A DNA stretch of 63,081 nt, filler included, from Octopus bimaculoides (Eukaryota): the NCBI RefSeq assembly GCF_001194135.2. It is 4 parts of 4 records of this genome, joined end to end, with 100 filler letters (N's around TTAATTAATTAA, not from the genome) between each part and the next. Parts side by side here need not be neighbours in the genome. Positions count along the whole stretch, not along the records: positions 43,175 to 61,053 come from NC_069005.1; positions 61,154 to 63,081 come from NW_026402652.1; 2 more parts are not named here. One strand, given 5' to 3'. Shown one piece after another: positions 60,275-63,081 of the stretch. The translations under genes and the position numbers were made by a program. Within the stretch, counting starts at the first letter, position 1, and each line of letters begins with the position of its first letter. Below the pieces are notes generated by a model. The model did no database searches. It was given only the letters and a program-made list of their open reading frames with translations, and had not been told where the DNA came from.

Positions 60275-60996
60275 GGAATGTGAGATGCATATAGAAATAT
60301 GTGTATATCATATGTATGTGAGTAACAAAATAGTTGTTTATGTATATGTATCTATATGCATACGTACACATGTGTATATATACATAAATGTATATATATT
60401 TATGTATATACATATTTTCTGACAATGCCAGTGTATAGTGAACGTCTATATCTAATCAATATCTGCACGTGAGGCAATACCTGAGTCTTCAATGAAATCG
60501 AAAAGATTTTCTAAAACGTGTTTTATTGCGTGTGCCTGTATGATTGTGTATTTGTCCTTGTATCAGTGAATGTGAGCACAAATCGAAATGTAGATATATG
60601 CACATTCACATAAAGCCATATATACCTGTGTGTAAGAGTATGCGCAGATATTAGTAAGCATACGTGTGTGTATGTATCTATATCGGCCCATCATACATAC
60701 GCACACACGCACACGTACACTCTCTCTCACACAAACACAAATATACATACCAATACGTATACATCTGGAAGTGCGTGTATATATATTTACACACTTATAT
60801 ATGCATATACGTATATACATTTATACATCATACACGTATATATAGTGGATTTCATATCAAGGTAAATATTTCCAGTCCAGTATAGCCAAGCACACAAGGA
60901 TTCACACGCACAGATTGTAATGTGAGTGTATGTGAGAGAGAGAGAGGGGGGGAGAAGACAGAAAGTTAAAGTATGATATATACATACATATATGTA

Positions 60997-61041
<45 letters not shown>

Positions 61042-61053
61042 CTCTCTCTCTAT

Positions 61054-61153
61054 NNNNNNNNNNNNNNNNNNNNNNNNNNNNNNNNNNNNNNNNNNNNTTA
61101 ATTAATTAANNNNNNNNNNNNNNNNNNNNNNNNNNNNNNNNNNNNNNNNNNNN
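61054..61153. other. Artificial 100-bp scaffold join
   Basis: 44 N, TTAATTAATTAA (61098-61109), 44 N. Confidence 0.95.
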
Positions 61154-61614
61154 GATACATAAATCTGAGGGTCAAAATTTCAAATTTCTTTTGCTCACAT
61201 ACAAAGAAGCGACAATACACGCTAAAATTACTTTGCTGTGAAGATGGGACTACGAATTTCTAAAGTGTGAAGAATTCATACACAAGTATGACAGTATATT
61301 GGTATTACATTACATGTTTTAAAATTATGTTCTACATCTCTCTCTCTCTCTCTCTCTTTCTGTCTCCCCATTTATCGATCTATCTCTCCTCATGTGTGTG
61401 TGTGTGTGTATGTGTTTCTGAGAGTCTGGCTATTGAAAGGCTCATTAAAAATAATTTATTCATAAATGTACATTATTAATTCTAAGTATGAAAATGTCTT
61501 TTCGTTTCGTTTGAGATCGAAATCACTTCACCTTAATGGTTCTGTGACGCTTCATTTTACTGCCTGACCATCTGATAAATGTATGTTCTTCATTGCCTTT
61601 CTATTTCTTTGTAG

Positions 61615-61997
61615 CTGTTGGTTAACCGAGCCATATTTCTATGCTACTTTCTCGGCTCCTGTGGTGATCATTCTCATCTTAAACCTGAAGATATTCTCTC
61701 CCATTATCCGGCGCCTTACTTCAATGCAAAATAACCGGAAATTTGAACGCAGAAGAAAAGTACGTGTTTTTGGCATCGTTGGTTTGTTTTTCCTGCTGGT
61801 GCTAACGTGGGTCTTAGTATTCTTTGCTGTTGCTGTTTTCGAAGCAGCAGAAGTGTTTAAATACCTTTTGGCTATCTTCAACACCCTTCAAGGAATGCTT
61901 ATCTTCATATTCTATTGTATATGCAAGAAAGATACCAGAGATGTCATCATAAAGTATGCAACTACACGAAAGAGAGCGACATTCCCCGTCGGCAGAA
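61615..61997 (+). CDS. Internal exon of an adhesion/secretin-class (7tm_2) GPCR: ECL2, TM5-TM7 and start of the C-tail
   Basis: tttctttgtag|C TGT TGG...GGC AGA A|gtaagt, no stops. CWL...FYATFSAPVVIILILNLKIF (TM5), GLFFLLVLTWVLVFFAV (TM6), FKYLLAIFNTLQGMLIFIFYCICKKDTR (TM7). Confidence 0.88.
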
Positions 61998-63081
61998 GTA
62001 AGTGGGATTTGTTTTTGTTTTTTCTTTATTTATTCCGGCATCAAAATCAGCGACACTGTTNNNNNNNNNNNNNNNNNNNNNNNNNNNNNNNNNNNNNNNN
62101 NNNNNNNNNNNNNNNNNNNNNNNNNNNNNNNNNNNNNNNNNNNNNNNNNNNNNNNNNNNNNNNNNNNNNNNNNNNNNNNNNNNNNNNNNNNNNNNNNNNN
62201 NNNNNNNNNNNNNNNNNNNNNNNNNNNNNNNNNNNNNNNNNNNNNNNNNNNNNNNNNNNNNNNNNNNNNNNNNNNNNNNNNNNNNNNNNNNNNNNNNNNN
62301 NNNNNNNNNNNNNNNNNNNNNNNNNNNNNNNNNNNNNNNNNNNNNNNNNNNNNNNNNNNNNNNNNNNNNNNNNNNNNNNNNNNNNNNNNNNNNNNNNNNN
62401 NNNNNNNNNNNNNNNNNNNNNNNNNNNNNNNNNNNNNNNNNNNNNNNNNNNNNNNNNNNNNNNNNNNNNNNNNNNNNNNNNNNNNNNNNNNNNNNNNNNN
62501 NNNNNNNNNNNNNNNNNNNNNNNNNNNNNNNNNNNNNNNNNNNNNNNNNNNNNNNNNNNNNNNNNNNNNNNNNNNNNNNNNNNNNNNNNNNNNNNNNNNN
62601 NNNNNNNNNNNNNNNNNNNNNNNNNNNNNNNNNNNNNNNNNNNNNNNNNNNNNNNNNNNNNNNNNNNNNNNNNNNNNNNNNNNNNNNNNNNNNNNNNNNN
62701 NNNNNNNNNNNNNNNNNNNNNNNNNNNNNNNNNNAGTAGCAGGAATAGTTAGTGGATGCTTATGGACATGGTAAGTGGAAGGTCAGCAGGCGGTTTTTGA
62801 GTATGTGTGTTCGTGTCGGGTTGTAGGTGTTGGGTACGTGTACGTGTGTGTGTGTATTTTGTATGTACGCGTGTGTGTACGTGTATGTTTTTGTGCGTGC
62901 GTGTGTGTTTGTGTGTATGTATATGTTGTGTATATGTGCGTTGCTGTGTACGTGTGTGTGCGTGCGTTTGCTATTGTATGTGCTTGTGTTGTTTATGCCC
63001 ATGTGTGATTGTATGCGTGTCTGTGTGAGTGTGTATGTGTTGTTTGTGTGTGGTGTGTTGGGGGATAGGTGTGGTTACATG

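Overview
Eukaryotic, AT-rich, microsatellite- and transposon-dense draft genomic sequence. The repeat landscape looks like Octopus/cephalopod (inference, not a database result). Host genes: the last three coding exons of a mitochondrial succinyl-CoA ligase beta subunit, SUCLG2-type (+; 26677-26819, 29917-30037, 35678-35790), and one intact TM5-TM7 exon of an adhesion/secretin-class GPCR (+; 61615-61997). Most of the rest is mobile DNA: Penelope-like elements with hammerhead-like motifs, R4/Dong, Tx1, RTE, Hero and CR1-like LINE remnants, several tRNA-type SINE families, mariner/Tc1, hAT and piggyBac MITEs, a Helentron-like element and a 5S rRNA pseudogene. Three artificial 100-bp joins (44 N-TTAATTAATTAA-44 N) split the window into four pieces whose adjacency is unproven. 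Best leads: a head-to-tail array of about four Tx1-like LINEs with a shared junction motif; long dsRNA-forming foldbacks and inverted piggyBac-MITE dimers in the SUCLG2 introns; a hammerhead-ribozyme-like motif in a tandem/inverted repeat; and a possible SINE/Tx1 3'-tail partnership. I found no clearly novel multi-gene system and no CRISPR array. All alignments and translations were done by eye.
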